Origin: Candidatus Arthromitus sp. SFB-rat-Yit
Lineage (GTDB): Bacteria > Bacillota > Clostridia > Clostridiales > Clostridiaceae
Length of the DNA stretch: 32,000 bases
NCBI RefSeq assembly: GCF_000283555.1
Contig: NC_016012.1
Location: forward strand, 1,440,001-1,472,000
Reading direction: 5' to 3'
Below, one piece after another: positions 1 through 9,763 of the stretch (its first letter is position 1; each line of letters opens with the position of its first letter). The notes below the pieces were generated by a model. That model searched no databases. It saw nothing but the letters and a program-made list of their open reading frames with translations, and was not told the origin of the DNA. The position numbers and the translations under genes were made by a program.

Positions 1-82
1 ATTCAAAATAAAAAAGTCCAACTATAAAAACCATAACAACTATTACAATCCAAGTTGTTATATTCGAAAAGCTTTTCTTCAT
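1..82 (-). CDS. ftsH: FtsH ATP-dependent zinc metalloprotease, N-terminal fragment (runs off window)
   Basis: - strand ATG at 82 reads MKKSFSNITTWIVIVVMVFIVGLFYFE (short cytoplasmic start plus TM helix). GGGAGG-type RBS upstream, directly downstream of tilS-hpt as in Firmicutes synteny. Confidence 0.75.
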   Translation of the reverse strand, partial: MKKSFSNITTWIVIVVMVFIVGLFYFE

Positions 83-243
83 TATTTTAACCCCCCTCCC
101 TTTAGCAAATAAATACTATAAAATTTTATCACACCAATTTTTATTAAACAAGTAACATATTTTATTATTTATAAACTTATTTTATTTTAAACTATATCTA
201 AAATCTTTAAGAATTTTAATATACAATATTACCTATTTTGAAC

Positions 244-783
244 CTATTTATACACACTCTCATCTAATACACCTATATATGGTAAATTTCTATATTTTTC
301 GGCGTAATCAAGTCCATACCCAACTACAAATTCATTTCCAACTTTAAAACCTTTATATTTAGGTTCTATTTCTACTTTTCTTCCACTTGGCTTATCAAGA
401 AGTGTCATTATCTCAACACTTCTAGCCCCCTTACTTCTTATGTAATTACAAATGTAATTTAAAGTTACTCCAGTATCTATTATATCTTCAATAATCAATA
501 TATCCTTACCTTCTACACACATATCCAAATCTTTCATTATTCTAACCTGTCCAGAACTTACGATAGAATTTCCATAAGAAGATACACCCATAAAATCAAT
601 TTCAATATATATATCTACATTCTTCATTAAATCAGCCATAAACATCAAAGATCCCTTTAATATACATACAAGAAGTAAATTTTTATTTTTATAATCTTTG
701 TTTATTTCTTCCCCTAATTCCTTAACCTTGTTTTCAATTTCTTCTTTGCTTATCAGTACATTTTTAATATCATTATTTATCAT
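244..783 (-). CDS. hpt: Hypoxanthine(-guanine) phosphoribosyltransferase
   Basis: PRPP-binding motif [42 protein letters not shown]; tilS-hpt-ftsH synteny. Confidence 0.96.
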   Translation of the reverse strand: MINNDIKNVLISKEEIENKVKELGEEINKDYKNKNLLLVCILKGSLMFMADLMKNVDIYIEIDFMGVSSYGNSIVSSGQVRIMKDLDMCVEGKDILIIEDIIDTGVTLNYICNYIRSKGARSVEIMTLLDKPSGRKVEIEPKYKGFKVGNEFVVGYGLDYAEKYRNLPYIGVLDESVYK

Positions 784-2230
784 AAATACCCTCCGCTACA
801 AAATCTAATTTTATTTTTAATAATTTTTTAGTACATGAGTTAACCTTATAATCATTACTGTTTCTAATCCCAACTATCCAAATAATTTTATCATCAAAAC
901 ATATTAAAGGTATACTACTTCTATTAGAAACTTTTTCATTTATAAAAAAATCCTTAAGTTTTTTATGTTTTTCCATACCAAATGGTTTAAATAAATCACC
1001 ATTTCTCCTGTTTCTAATTGATATAGCTTCTCTTAAACTCTCCATAGAAAAATACTTTTCATATTTAAGTGTTAAATCTAAAAGATGAGTTTGATTTTCT
1101 ACTACTTCAAAACTAATTTTCATGTTCTTCCCTAAAAAATTAATGGATCTTCCAATAAAATCTATTTCTCCAGATTTAAGTTTCAATATATCTTCATTAT
1201 TTATCAATTCAAAAGATACGGATTCCTCTTCTAAAATACTTTGATCTTTTCTTAAAAATTTTATAAAGTCATGATAATTTACAGCAAATAAATCTTTCTT
1301 AATTTGTATACTCTTATATGTATTTTTACTTAACAGCTCTTCTATGTACTTTATATGTTTAAAACTTATATTTTTAATATCTCCGCAAAACATAAAAATA
1401 CACTTTCTAATAATCCTATATAATATAGATTTATGAAGTGTAAATATGTATTTATCTATGGTCATATAATTTGGGTTAATACTTACATACTTATTTATAA
1501 AATCCATTACAATATTTAAAAAATAATCATTATCATAGCTAGATATTTCTTTTAAATTTAAAATGTTTTTAGATATATCTTTTGAAAAACTCTCATTTAT
1601 TTTAGGTATAAGAGAAATCCTAATTTTATTTCTCAAATAATCCTCGGATAAATTGCTCTTATCTATTACGAATTTTATATCATTATCATTTAAATATTTT
1701 TCTATATCTTCTATTCTTCTTAAGCATAATATTGGTCTTATATAAAAATCTTCTCGCTTTACTTTTATTCCCTCTATTCCATCTATTCCTGTACCATTAA
1801 AAATCCTCATAATAATAGTTTCAACATCATCATCTGCATGATGTGCTAAAGCACACTTTGTTATAATATTTTTATTTTTTAAATCATTAAATATATTATA
1901 TCTAACTTCTCTTCCTCCCATCTCCACAGATACCTTGTATTTTTTAATATAATCTAAAACATCTACTCTAAATGATTTGAATTCAATATTGTTTCTCCTG
2001 CAAAAATCAAAGGAAAACTTTTCATCTAAATACGAATCATTCCCTCTTAACATATGATTTACATGAATCCCTAAAACCTTAAATCCTAAAGACAAAGACA
2101 ATTTATTTAAAACATATGTCATAAAAATCGAATCAGCTCCACCTGATAAAGCGCATCCTACAATTTCTCCATTAGATATCAAATTATTTGATATAATAAA
2201 TTCTTTAACTTTTCTTAAAACACTATCCAT
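773..2230 (-). CDS. tilS: tRNA(Ile)-lysidine synthetase
   Basis: PP-loop [36 protein letters not shown]; overlaps hpt start by 11 nt. Confidence 0.95.
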   Translation of the reverse strand: MDSVLRKVKEFIISNNLISNGEIVGCALSGGADSIFMTYVLNKLSLSLGFKVLGIHVNHMLRGNDSYLDEKFSFDFCRRNNIEFKSFRVDVLDYIKKYKVSVEMGGREVRYNIFNDLKNKNIITKCALAHHADDDVETIIMRIFNGTGIDGIEGIKVKREDFYIRPILCLRRIEDIEKYLNDNDIKFVIDKSNLSEDYLRNKIRISLIPKINESFSKDISKNILNLKEISSYDNDYFLNIVMDFINKYVSINPNYMTIDKYIFTLHKSILYRIIRKCIFMFCGDIKNISFKHIKYIEELLSKNTYKSIQIKKDLFAVNYHDFIKFLRKDQSILEEESVSFELINNEDILKLKSGEIDFIGRSINFLGKNMKISFEVVENQTHLLDLTLKYEKYFSMESLREAISIRNRRNGDLFKPFGMEKHKKLKDFFINEKVSNRSSIPLICFDDKIIWIVGIRNSNDYKVNSCTKKLLKIKLDFVAEGIYDK

Positions 2231-2286
2231 AAAGATTCTCCAAACACATAATTTATTTAATTATAAGAATTTTACCAAAAAAAATC

Positions 2287-2317
2287 AAAAGCTCTTTTTA
2301 AAATCAAAAGAGCTTTT
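2287..2317 (-). terminator. Rho-independent terminator downstream of spoIIE
   Basis: Perfect 12-bp inverted repeat AAAAGCTCTTTT-taaaatc-AAAAGAGCTTTT followed by a T-run on the - strand. Confidence 0.8.
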
Positions 2318-2326
2318 TGAACAAAT

Positions 2327-4684
2327 TTAATTTTTATATACCTTAGAAACTATAATACTAACATCATCTTGAAAAAATCCTGAATTTAATATTTTAAATT
2401 CTCTAATTATCTCTTCACAAAGTTTATCTGGAGAAAATATTTCACATCTCTTAAGAAAATTATACAACCACGCTTTATTTGATAAATCCTTAAAATGAAT
2501 AAGTCCATCTGTTAAATGAACTAAAATATCCCCACACTTAAGATCAAATTCAGAATTTAATATTCTTATATCATCATCTAAAGAATTATCATTTAAATCC
2601 CGTTCATTTCCAAGTACAAATACATCATTACCCCTCTTTATATATGTAATAATAGATGAAAATTTCAAATAATTCATTTTACCTGTATATAAATCAATTC
2701 TCGCAAAGTCTATCGTAGATATTGCCTCATCTCTGAAAAATTTAAGAGAAATTATCGATATTATCTCCTTAATACAAGAAGATAAAGACAAACTTGTTCT
2801 AACAAATTTATATATTAAATCAACCGTAAATTTACTTTTGTTATAAGCCTCAATTCCAGATCCTATACCATCACTTAATATAATTAAATAATCATCATTA
2901 ACACTTTTTGTAAATATATAACTATCTCCATTTTTATCTTTCTTAGATAATTGAATACAATGAGAAACAACATTATAATAATACTTTTCAACATACGTAA
3001 CAATTATTTCATTATTAGAATTTATATAATTAGATGATTCATCTTGATTAATCATTTCTCTATCTAACGAAATATTTATAATATCTAATAAATCATTTTT
3101 ATACTCAATAAATATATCATAAGGAAGAATTAGCTTAACTTTTAATTTTTCATTCTCTTCATAGCAAATAAGATCAAAATATTTTATATTAAACTTATTA
3201 AACTTACTTATAAGATTTTTTTCATGGTTAACTTTTATCACAATATCTTTTTTAACTTCTTTAATGCTTTGATTAATTATATTGTGAAGATTCTTAAGTT
3301 CATAAGACATCATATCTTGAGCTTCATAAATTCTTTTCTCATAAACTTCTTGTATATTATAAAAGTTCGAAATCTTATATAGCTCATTTTTAATACTATC
3401 TTTCCTTATACATATCCTCTCTATATATTCTGTCAAACTTTTATCACCTTGTATAAAGCTATTAAGACTTGAAAGCATCTCTGATCTAACTTTATTAAAA
3501 TTAGTTTTCCAACAAGTATTGACGTTTCTACATTCTCCACAAACACTTTCTGCAAGAATTTCGATATATATTTTTTTATCTAAAATTTTATATTTAAAAT
3601 TAACATTAGATACTATCATATCTGATAATTCTTTAATTACATCATTAAACTCATTTATTTTTTGTATCCTCATATCAAGAGTATTAAACAATCTCTTATT
3701 TGTATAAAACTCCTTCTTATATTCTTCATTAAAATGCATAGTTAATTTCATCAAATACTTCTTAGGAATAAAACTAAATATTAAAGAAGATATAACTATT
3801 TCAATTAAAAATAAATTGCTTTGAATATCTAGAGAAGATATATTAGATAGTTTTAATATAAGTATGCATACTATAGAAATCAAAGATAAAGTAAATCTTG
3901 ACGATAAAAACAAAAATGAAGATATCGTTGCAATTATACTATATATAGCTATGTACTCTGTAAAATTTCCATAAATAAGCCCAATTATACTTCCAGAAAA
4001 TACAGCACATATTACCCCAACTGACATTCCATTTATATATGACATCAAAAACACAAATGTTGCAAGTAATATGTTAGATAAATCAAGATTTAAAATTTTA
4101 AATCCATTAATACCACAAATAATTAAACATGTAGATATAACCAAACACATTATATCTTCTCTTTTTAATATGTAATTAGTATTGAAAGAATTTAAGCTTT
4201 TGATAAAGATATCAAAAACATAGTAAAGTACATAAATAATTACACCCTCTACAAGAACATAAAACATAGATGGGTATAGGGAAAATTCAACATAAAAATA
4301 TTTATATACAAAACTTACAATACCAATTGAAATCAATATAAACACTCTATATTTCTTTTTAACATTCAAAAATATTGATAAAAATATCAAAATTAAATTT
4401 ATTATTACATATAGATCAAAAGAATCAAGAGTTGATTTTATACTCAAATACCCAAGTATACTAAATACTCCGACAATCACAGTTAATATTTTATTGTTTC
4501 TACTCATGATATAATAAGTAAAAGCTATACCAATAGGAGCTATATAAAATAGTATATTTGTACGACTTAACAATAGTGCAATCAAACCATACACCAAAAA
4601 TTTCTTTATATCTAATAAGTCACTTACCTTTTGATAATAATTTTCTCCAGCACTCTCTAATAATTTCTCATTATAAATCATCAC
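2327..4684 (-). CDS. spoIIE: Stage II sporulation protein E (multi-TM, C-terminal PP2C phosphatase)
   Basis: N-terminal multi-TM region, CGECRNVNTCW motif, PP2C motifs LSDGIGSG, LTDGLIHF, DDVSIIVSK; synteny with tilS. Confidence 0.95.
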   Translation of the reverse strand: MMIYNEKLLESAGENYYQKVSDLLDIKKFLVYGLIALLLSRTNILFYIAPIGIAFTYYIMSRNNKILTVIVGVFSILGYLSIKSTLDSFDLYVIINLILIFLSIFLNVKKKYRVFILISIGIVSFVYKYFYVEFSLYPSMFYVLVEGVIIYVLYYVFDIFIKSLNSFNTNYILKREDIMCLVISTCLIICGINGFKILNLDLSNILLATFVFLMSYINGMSVGVICAVFSGSIIGLIYGNFTEYIAIYSIIATISSFLFLSSRFTLSLISIVCILILKLSNISSLDIQSNLFLIEIVISSLIFSFIPKKYLMKLTMHFNEEYKKEFYTNKRLFNTLDMRIQKINEFNDVIKELSDMIVSNVNFKYKILDKKIYIEILAESVCGECRNVNTCWKTNFNKVRSEMLSSLNSFIQGDKSLTEYIERICIRKDSIKNELYKISNFYNIQEVYEKRIYEAQDMMSYELKNLHNIINQSIKEVKKDIVIKVNHEKNLISKFNKFNIKYFDLICYEENEKLKVKLILPYDIFIEYKNDLLDIINISLDREMINQDESSNYINSNNEIIVTYVEKYYYNVVSHCIQLSKKDKNGDSYIFTKSVNDDYLIILSDGIGSGIEAYNKSKFTVDLIYKFVRTSLSLSSCIKEIISIISLKFFRDEAISTIDFARIDLYTGKMNYLKFSSIITYIKRGNDVFVLGNERDLNDNSLDDDIRILNSEFDLKCGDILVHLTDGLIHFKDLSNKAWLYNFLKRCEIFSPDKLCEEIIREFKILNSGFFQDDVSIIVSKVYKN

Positions 4685-4785
4685 TTCACCTTTAAAACTA
4701 ATTCCAATTTTTGTAAATAATTATATCATTTATTCTTAAAAAAACATATTAATTTAATGTTAAGTAATTTTACAAAAAATAAAAA

Positions 4786-4807
4786 AGAGCAACTATACAG
4801 TTGCTCT
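4786..4807 (-). terminator. Rho-independent terminator of the tRNA cluster
   Basis: AGAGCAACT-atac-AGTTGCTCT perfect stem, followed on the - strand by TTTTTTATTTTTTG. Confidence 0.85.
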
Positions 4808-4821
4808 AAAATTTTCAATAT

Positions 4822-4898
4822 TGGTAGCGGAAATAGGACTTGAACCTACGACACACCGGGTATGAACCGATTGCTCTAGCCAGCTGAGCTATTCCGCC
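4822..4898 (-). tRNA. tRNA-Met (CAT), elongator
   Basis: - strand GGCGGAA...GCTC-GAGC...ATCGG TTCATAC CCGGT...GTAGG TTCAAGT CCTAT...TTCCGCT A CCA folds as a 77-nt cloverleaf; the TTCATAC loop is elongator-Met type. Confidence 0.93.
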
Positions 4899-4902
4899 AA
4901 AA

Positions 4903-4978
<76 letters not shown>

Positions 4979-4983
4979 ATATA

Positions 4984-5072
4984 TGGTGCTGAAGACCGGA
5001 CTCGAACCGGTACGGTATTTTAGTACCGCAGGATTTTAAGTCCTGTGCGTCTGCCAGTTTCGCCACTTCAGC
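4984..5072 (-). tRNA. tRNA-Leu (TAA)
   Basis: Class II tRNA with acceptor GCTGAAG/CTTCAGC, anticodon arm CAGGA CTTAAAA TCCTG, long variable arm CGGTACTAAAATACCGTA, encoded CCA. Confidence 0.94.
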
Positions 5073-5151
5073 CTATTAATTAATTTATTATTAACTACTC
5101 TATAAGTATATATTATTTTAAATTATATGTCAATACTTTTTAATATATTTT

Positions 5152-5577
5152 TTATCCAAAATTTCTCTTATTATATCCTCTTTGCTTAGAATCTTGATTC
5201 CTTTTAAAATCTTGCATTCTTTCTTCGCTATCTTTTAAATATTTAGATAAAATATCTTCAAAATTTGATGCACTACTCTTTTGATTAGAATTAACAGATC
5301 TTTCATTATTTTTCCTATGATTATTGTTACTTATATTTTGAATATTATCTTCAGCTTGTTTTAAAGATAAACTAATTTTACCAGAATTATCTATTGATAA
5401 AACCTTTACTTTAACATCTACTTTATCTTTTAAATATTCCTTTATATCTTTTATATATTTATTCGAAACCTCTGATATATGTACAAGCCCTATTTCTCCA
5501 TTTATATCTACAAAAGCACCGAAGTTAGTTATGTTGACAACCTTTCCCTCGTATATGTTTCCTATGACTAAAGCCAT
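5152..5577 (-). CDS. S1 RNA-binding domain protein (YabR-like)
   Basis: N-terminal S1 domain VGNIYEGKVVNITNFGAFVDINGEIGLVHISEVS; conserved location downstream of divIC. Confidence 0.9.
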   Translation of the reverse strand: MALVIGNIYEGKVVNITNFGAFVDINGEIGLVHISEVSNKYIKDIKEYLKDKVDVKVKVLSIDNSGKISLSLKQAEDNIQNISNNNHRKNNERSVNSNQKSSASNFEDILSKYLKDSEERMQDFKRNQDSKQRGYNKRNFG

Positions 5578-5612
5578 ATTAATTTTATTCCTCCTTAAAA
5601 TACTTTAATATT

Positions 5613-5897
5613 CTACTTAACTATATTAATTATAGATTTTTCTCCATCAAATACATAACCCAGTCTATCTCTAACTAAAACCTCTAAGTATTCTTTAGTA
5701 TTTGACAAATTTAATTCATCTTTTAATAATTGAATTTCCCGAGTTATATCCTCTAATTTATCTTGATATTTAATAAATTCAACTTCAACGTTATATCGAT
5801 CAAAATCATTTTTAAATAGAGTGATTAAACTATAAATTAATATGACCAAAATCACAATATTCCTGATAAAAAAAATACGTTTCCTTTGTTTAACCAA
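5613..5897 (-). CDS. divIC: Septum formation initiator family protein (DivIC/FtsB-like)
   Basis: Short protein with one TM, coiled coil and C-terminal VRDRLGYVFDGEKSI; downstream of yabQ. Confidence 0.85.
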   Translation of the reverse strand: MVKQRKRIFFIRNIVILVILIYSLITLFKNDFDRYNVEVEFIKYQDKLEDITREIQLLKDELNLSNTKEYLEVLVRDRLGYVFDGEKSIINIVK

Positions 5898-5969
5898 AAT
5901 AACCTCTTTGTAAATTAAATTTTCAATACATAAATATTTTAATACAATTTAGTTTTTTTTCAATATATT

Positions 5970-6350
5970 CTAATAATTTTTTTTATTTATAATTCTTAAA
6001 ATAATATATATTAAATTTTTAAATACGTAGGCTATCATATCTAAAATAAAAAATACTAACTTACTAATTACATTATATATAAATATAGATATACATTTTA
6101 TATAAAATATACTTCCTAAAAATATATAAAAATAAGTATAAAATGATAGTATAGCATACTGAGTATTCAACAAGAACGTAAATATAAGCAATCCCATAAA
6201 TACCCAATATAATAAATCTAATATAATTTTAAAAATTTTATATTCTATGTTTTTAAATAAAATTCTATATACATCAAATCCAATTCCAAACATTATACCC
6301 GATATAAAACTATAAAATAAAATTGATATTTGCCTGTCCAATCCTATCAT
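5970..6350 (-). CDS. yabQ: Spore cortex biosynthesis protein YabQ
   Basis: Multi-TM protein with GIMFGIGFDVYRI motif, between yabP and divIC; ATGA overlap with yabP. Confidence 0.88.
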   Translation of the reverse strand: MIGLDRQISILFYSFISGIMFGIGFDVYRILFKNIEYKIFKIILDLLYWVFMGLLIFTFLLNTQYAILSFYTYFYIFLGSIFYIKCISIFIYNVISKLVFFILDMIAYVFKNLIYIILRIINKKNY

Positions 6351-6673
6351 TTATTTTTACCTAATAGTTTTTTTACTAAGCTAAATTTACTCTTCTCACT
6401 TTTAACTTTCTTATCATCTAAATACCTACACTCGTTAATATTACCTGTTATGCTGATCTCTCCATTTTTTAAATCTAATTTACTAATTTTAAGATTATTT
6501 CCTATAATTTCTAATTTCTTTAAAACCGTATTTAAAGTCACTTTTTCATCATCAAAAGATAAAACTTCAAACACACCACTTATACTTATATTTCTTCTAT
6601 TCTCAAGTAATATATTGCTCTTTTTTGTTAATTCTGTAGAATTATCTTTTTTATGTTCCATACTTACCTCCAA
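6347..6673 (-). CDS. yabP: Sporulation protein YabP
   Basis: LENRRNISISGVFEVLSFDDEKVTLNT...LKISKLDLKNGEISITGNI is characteristic of YabP; synteny. Confidence 0.92.
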   Translation of the reverse strand: MEVSMEHKKDNSTELTKKSNILLENRRNISISGVFEVLSFDDEKVTLNTVLKKLEIIGNNLKISKLDLKNGEISITGNINECRYLDDKKVKSEKSKFSLVKKLLGKNK

Positions 6674-6730
6674 CTAATATTCCTCATTAAATTAATATGA
6701 ATATTAATTATCAAGTATTACATTAATAAG

Positions 6731-6970
6731 TTATATAATTCTATACATTTTTTCAGCCTCATCTTTTCTCACATGTTCTTTTATTTCTAAAATTTCCAAC
6801 TTAAAATTCTTATTACCAAAAATAATCTCTAAAATATCTCCAACATTAACTTTAGATGAAGGTTTCGATAATTTACCATTTATAAAAACCTTATCTGAAT
6901 CACATGCATCTTTCGCAACTGTTCTCCTCTTTATTATTCTTGTAACTTTTAAAAATTTATCTAACCTCAT
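6731..6970 (-). CDS. RNA-binding S4 domain protein (YabO/HslR-like)
   Basis: MRLDKFLKVTRIIKRRTVAKDACDSDKVFINGKLSKPSSKVNVGD S4 domain; synteny. Confidence 0.93.
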   Translation of the reverse strand: MRLDKFLKVTRIIKRRTVAKDACDSDKVFINGKLSKPSSKVNVGDILEIIFGNKNFKLEILEIKEHVRKDEAEKMYRII

Positions 6971-6988
6971 ATTATACTCCTCCTATAA

Positions 6989-7023
6989 ATAAAGATCCGA
7001 GAAAAACTCGGATCTTTATTTGT
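6989..7023 (-). terminator. Rho-independent terminator overlapping the 3' end of the HU gene
   Basis: Perfect 15-bp stem AAATAAAGATCCGAG-aaaaa-CTCGGATCTTTATTT. The HU stop codon (7016-7018) lies in the stem. Confidence 0.75.
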
Positions 7024-7291
7024 TAACTCTATCTTTAAATTCTTTGCCTGCTTTAAATACCGGAACCTTAGCTGCAGGAATCTTTATTGGTTCATTATTC
7101 TGAGGATTTCTGCCTTCTCTTTCAGCTCTCTCCCTAATTTCGAAAGTTCCAAAGCCTACTAATTGAACTTTATCTGCATTTTCTAACGCTTCAAAAACAC
7201 TCTTTATAAATGCATTTAGAGCAGCTTCAGCATCTTTTTTACTAAGTTCACTCTTTTGTGCTATACTAGCAACTAATTCAGCTTTATTCAA
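7016..7291 (-). CDS. hup: HU family DNA-binding protein
   Basis: MNKAELVASIAQKSELSKKDAEAALNAF...GFGTFEIRERAEREGRNPQNNEPIKIPAAKVPVFKAGKEFKD. Confidence 0.97.
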   Translation of the reverse strand: MNKAELVASIAQKSELSKKDAEAALNAFIKSVFEALENADKVQLVGFGTFEIRERAEREGRNPQNNEPIKIPAAKVPVFKAGKEFKDRVNK

Positions 7292-7449
7292 TCCTATATC
7301 CTCCTTAGATTTAAGTTATTAATCGATTATAGTATTATAACCGATTTAAACTACTATGTAATACTAAATTTATTTTTCTGTGTTAATGTTATCATAACTA
7401 AAAATATTATTCAACAATATTATTTTACCATTTCAAAGCTATAAAAAAC

Positions 7450-9000
7450 CTACTTAATAGATGTAAATATAGTATTTAACTCCTTCATTTTAAACAAAAA
7501 AAGACTTAAGATATATACAACAAATCCAATCACAGAACATATCAAAATACTAAATAGCGTATTACCAAACATATCATAAAAATAATTAAACAATAATAAT
7601 GCAATTACTATCATTAAAAGAGAAGAAAGTAGCGGTGTTATTATTATGTCCAAAATATTCAAATTTATATTTAATTTTTTCTTAATTACGCTAAAATTCA
7701 AATAACTCGTTAAAATATATGAAAATAACGTAGCTAAAACTGCTCCATATATGTTGAATTCAGAATTTCCAGTTAAAACTAAAGTCACTATAATTTTGAT
7801 AACACATCCTATAAAAAGATTAATAACTGGTCTTATATAATTACTTGTACTTTGAAGTATAGATATAGACACCTGAGAAAAAATTATAAAAGGTATTCCA
7901 ACTGATGCATATCTAAGTATATTATATCCATCTGTGTTATTTGGAAATATTACATTCATTATAGGGGCTGATAAAAAATACATTGATATAAAACAAGGAA
8001 AAGCTATATAACTTGATAATTTAAAACACATAACAACCTTATCCTTAAATTCATCCATCTTATTTAAAACAAAAATCCTGGATAATGTTGGTATCATAGA
8101 TGTTCCTAAAGCAACCGCAAGTGCAAGAGGAACATTTATAAGAACAGAAACTTTACCTGTTAATTGTCCATATAATATAGTCGCCTCTTTATTAGTATAT
8201 CCAGCATTTAACAGCATTTGAGGTACTAAAATCGAATCTATTAAAACCATTATTGTAGACACTGTAGCTCCAAGAGATAATGGTATTGCCATCTTTAATA
8301 TTTTACCAACATATTTCTTACCACTTATCTTTTTTCTGTTTATACCTTTAAAATACTTTCCACTAAATTTTAAATATGTAATAAGAACAAATATCGTCGC
8401 AACAAATCCCCCTATAACAGCACCAAAAGATGCTCCTCCAGCTGCATAATGAATCCCTTTATCTAAAAGAAAATATGCAAAAGTTACTCCAACTAAAACC
8501 CTTATAACCTGTTCAATTATTTGAGAAATTCCAGTAGGAACCATATTTTCCATTCCTTGAAAAACTCCACGAAAAACCCCTAAAAGACAAACACTAATAG
8601 GTGCTATAGATATTCCAATAAAGCAAAGATAAACTTTACTATCCCATTTAAGTAAATTTATTATATAATCTGAAAACAATAATAATATAACACTTGTACC
8701 AAATCCTAAAAATATCATAATACTAAAAGATGCCTTTATTATACTTACTATAGACTCCTTATCTCCATATGCGGATCTTTCAGATACAAACTTTGAAACT
8801 GCAATAGGCATACCTGATACAATACCAATAAAAAACATATATAAAGGATAGGTCATTTGATAATAACCAATTCCTTCATCACCTATAAGCATAACAAGAG
8901 GCCATCTGAAAAATATACCTAAAAATTTCGCAATTATGCTGCTTATACTAAGTATAAGTGCTCCTTTTACTATCTTATTTTTCATAAATCCCCCAATCAC
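7450..9000 (-). CDS. Polysaccharide/lipid II flippase family protein (SpoVB/YabM-like, MATE-fold)
   Basis: About 12-14 TM protein; motif ...SSIIAKFLGIFFRWPLVMLIGDEGIGYYQMTYPLYMF...GMPIAVSKFVSE; adjacent to spoVT as yabM is. Confidence 0.9.
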   Translation of the reverse strand: MIGGFMKNKIVKGALILSISSIIAKFLGIFFRWPLVMLIGDEGIGYYQMTYPLYMFFIGIVSGMPIAVSKFVSERSAYGDKESIVSIIKASFSIMIFLGFGTSVILLLFSDYIINLLKWDSKVYLCFIGISIAPISVCLLGVFRGVFQGMENMVPTGISQIIEQVIRVLVGVTFAYFLLDKGIHYAAGGASFGAVIGGFVATIFVLITYLKFSGKYFKGINRKKISGKKYVGKILKMAIPLSLGATVSTIMVLIDSILVPQMLLNAGYTNKEATILYGQLTGKVSVLINVPLALAVALGTSMIPTLSRIFVLNKMDEFKDKVVMCFKLSSYIAFPCFISMYFLSAPIMNVIFPNNTDGYNILRYASVGIPFIIFSQVSISILQSTSNYIRPVINLFIGCVIKIIVTLVLTGNSEFNIYGAVLATLFSYILTSYLNFSVIKKKLNINLNILDIIITPLLSSLLMIVIALLLFNYFYDMFGNTLFSILICSVIGFVVYILSLFLFKMKELNTIFTSIK

Positions 9001-9066
9001 TAAACAATTATATACTCAATTATTATTTAATAATATATAAAATATTACTAAACAAAAAAAATAAAA

Positions 9067-9086
9067 AAGCTATGAAATCATAGCTT
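9067..9086 (-). terminator. Rho-independent terminator downstream of spoVT
   Basis: AAGCTATG-aaat-CATAGCTT followed on the - strand by TTTTATTTTTTTTG. Confidence 0.8.
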
Positions 9087-9101
9087 CTCAATATGTAATA
9101 T

Positions 9102-9650
9102 TTACTCCATTTGTTTCCCTAAAAATGATGCAGCTGTTTCAGCAAGTTTTTGTTCAACTATCCCAAGCTTATCTTCACCCTCTTTTGATAATATTATTAC
9201 AGATCCTATAGTATCACCCTCCGCAATAATTGGTGATATTATTTGAGAAGAATATTTATTCTCTAAATTTTCATCACCACATAATGGCAAAAATTCTTCT
9301 GGGTTTGTTATGCATAACGTTTTTCTATTTTCTAAAACCTTCTCAAGCTCTGGGCTTATCTTCTTATCTAAATATTCCTTTTTGGATATTCCACAAACTG
9401 AAATAAACGCATCTTTATCAGATATTAATACTATATTCCCTATAGCTTGTTGAAGTGATTCTGCATACTCTTTAGAAAAATCACTCAATTCCTCTATTGG
9501 AGAATATTTCTTAAGTATAACTCCACCATCTCTATCTGTAAATATCTCAAGTGGGTCTCCTTCTCTTATTCTCAATGTTTTTCTTATTTCTTTAGGTATT
9601 ACAACTCTACCCAAATCATCTATTCTTCTAACAATTCCTGTTGCTTTCAT
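9102..9650 (-). CDS. spoVT: Stage V sporulation protein T (AbrB-like regulator with GAF domain)
   Basis: MKATGIVRRIDDLGRVVIPKEIRKTLRIREGDPLEIFTDRDGGVILKKYSPI. Confidence 0.97.
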   Translation of the reverse strand: MKATGIVRRIDDLGRVVIPKEIRKTLRIREGDPLEIFTDRDGGVILKKYSPIEELSDFSKEYAESLQQAIGNIVLISDKDAFISVCGISKKEYLDKKISPELEKVLENRKTLCITNPEEFLPLCGDENLENKYSSQIISPIIAEGDTIGSVIILSKEGEDKLGIVEQKLAETAASFLGKQME

Positions 9651-9734
9651 TAATTCTTTTCCTCCTCAATTCAAACATAACTTACTTGACATACTTATTA
9701 TTTATCATTTTTGTTATTTTATACATAACATAGA

Positions 9735-9763
9735 AAAAAAGAGTAGTAATACTACTCTTTTTT
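9735..9763 (-). terminator. Rho-independent terminator overlapping the 3' end of the first prsA-like gene
   Basis: AAAAAAGAGTAGT-AATA-ACTACTCTTTTTT type inverted repeat; TAG stop at 9752-9754 lies inside it. Confidence 0.8.

Noticed and set aside
3519-3707. + strand ORFs at 3519-3707, 6330-6677, 12210-12473, 12873-13094, 16600-16806, 17222-17413, 20954-21244, 23059-23292, 24850-25083, 26344-26625, 28711-28905, 29958-30227, 30205-30417, 31556-31798
   Set aside because: All lie antisense inside or across confidently identified - strand genes. They have low-complexity Ser/Phe/Leu-rich translations typical of shadow ORFs and no homology motifs.
4822-4898. Possibility that the first CAT tRNA is tRNA-Ile2 (lysidine-modified by the nearby tilS)
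   Set aside because: The TTCATAC anticodon loop and GGCGGAA acceptor match elongator tRNA-Met, not tRNA-Ile2 (which typically has the CTCATAA loop).
5073-5110. TTAATTAATTTATTAATTAA repeat upstream of the tRNA cluster
   Set aside because: Short AT-only self-complementarity expected by chance in this composition; no T-rich tract or conserved partner.
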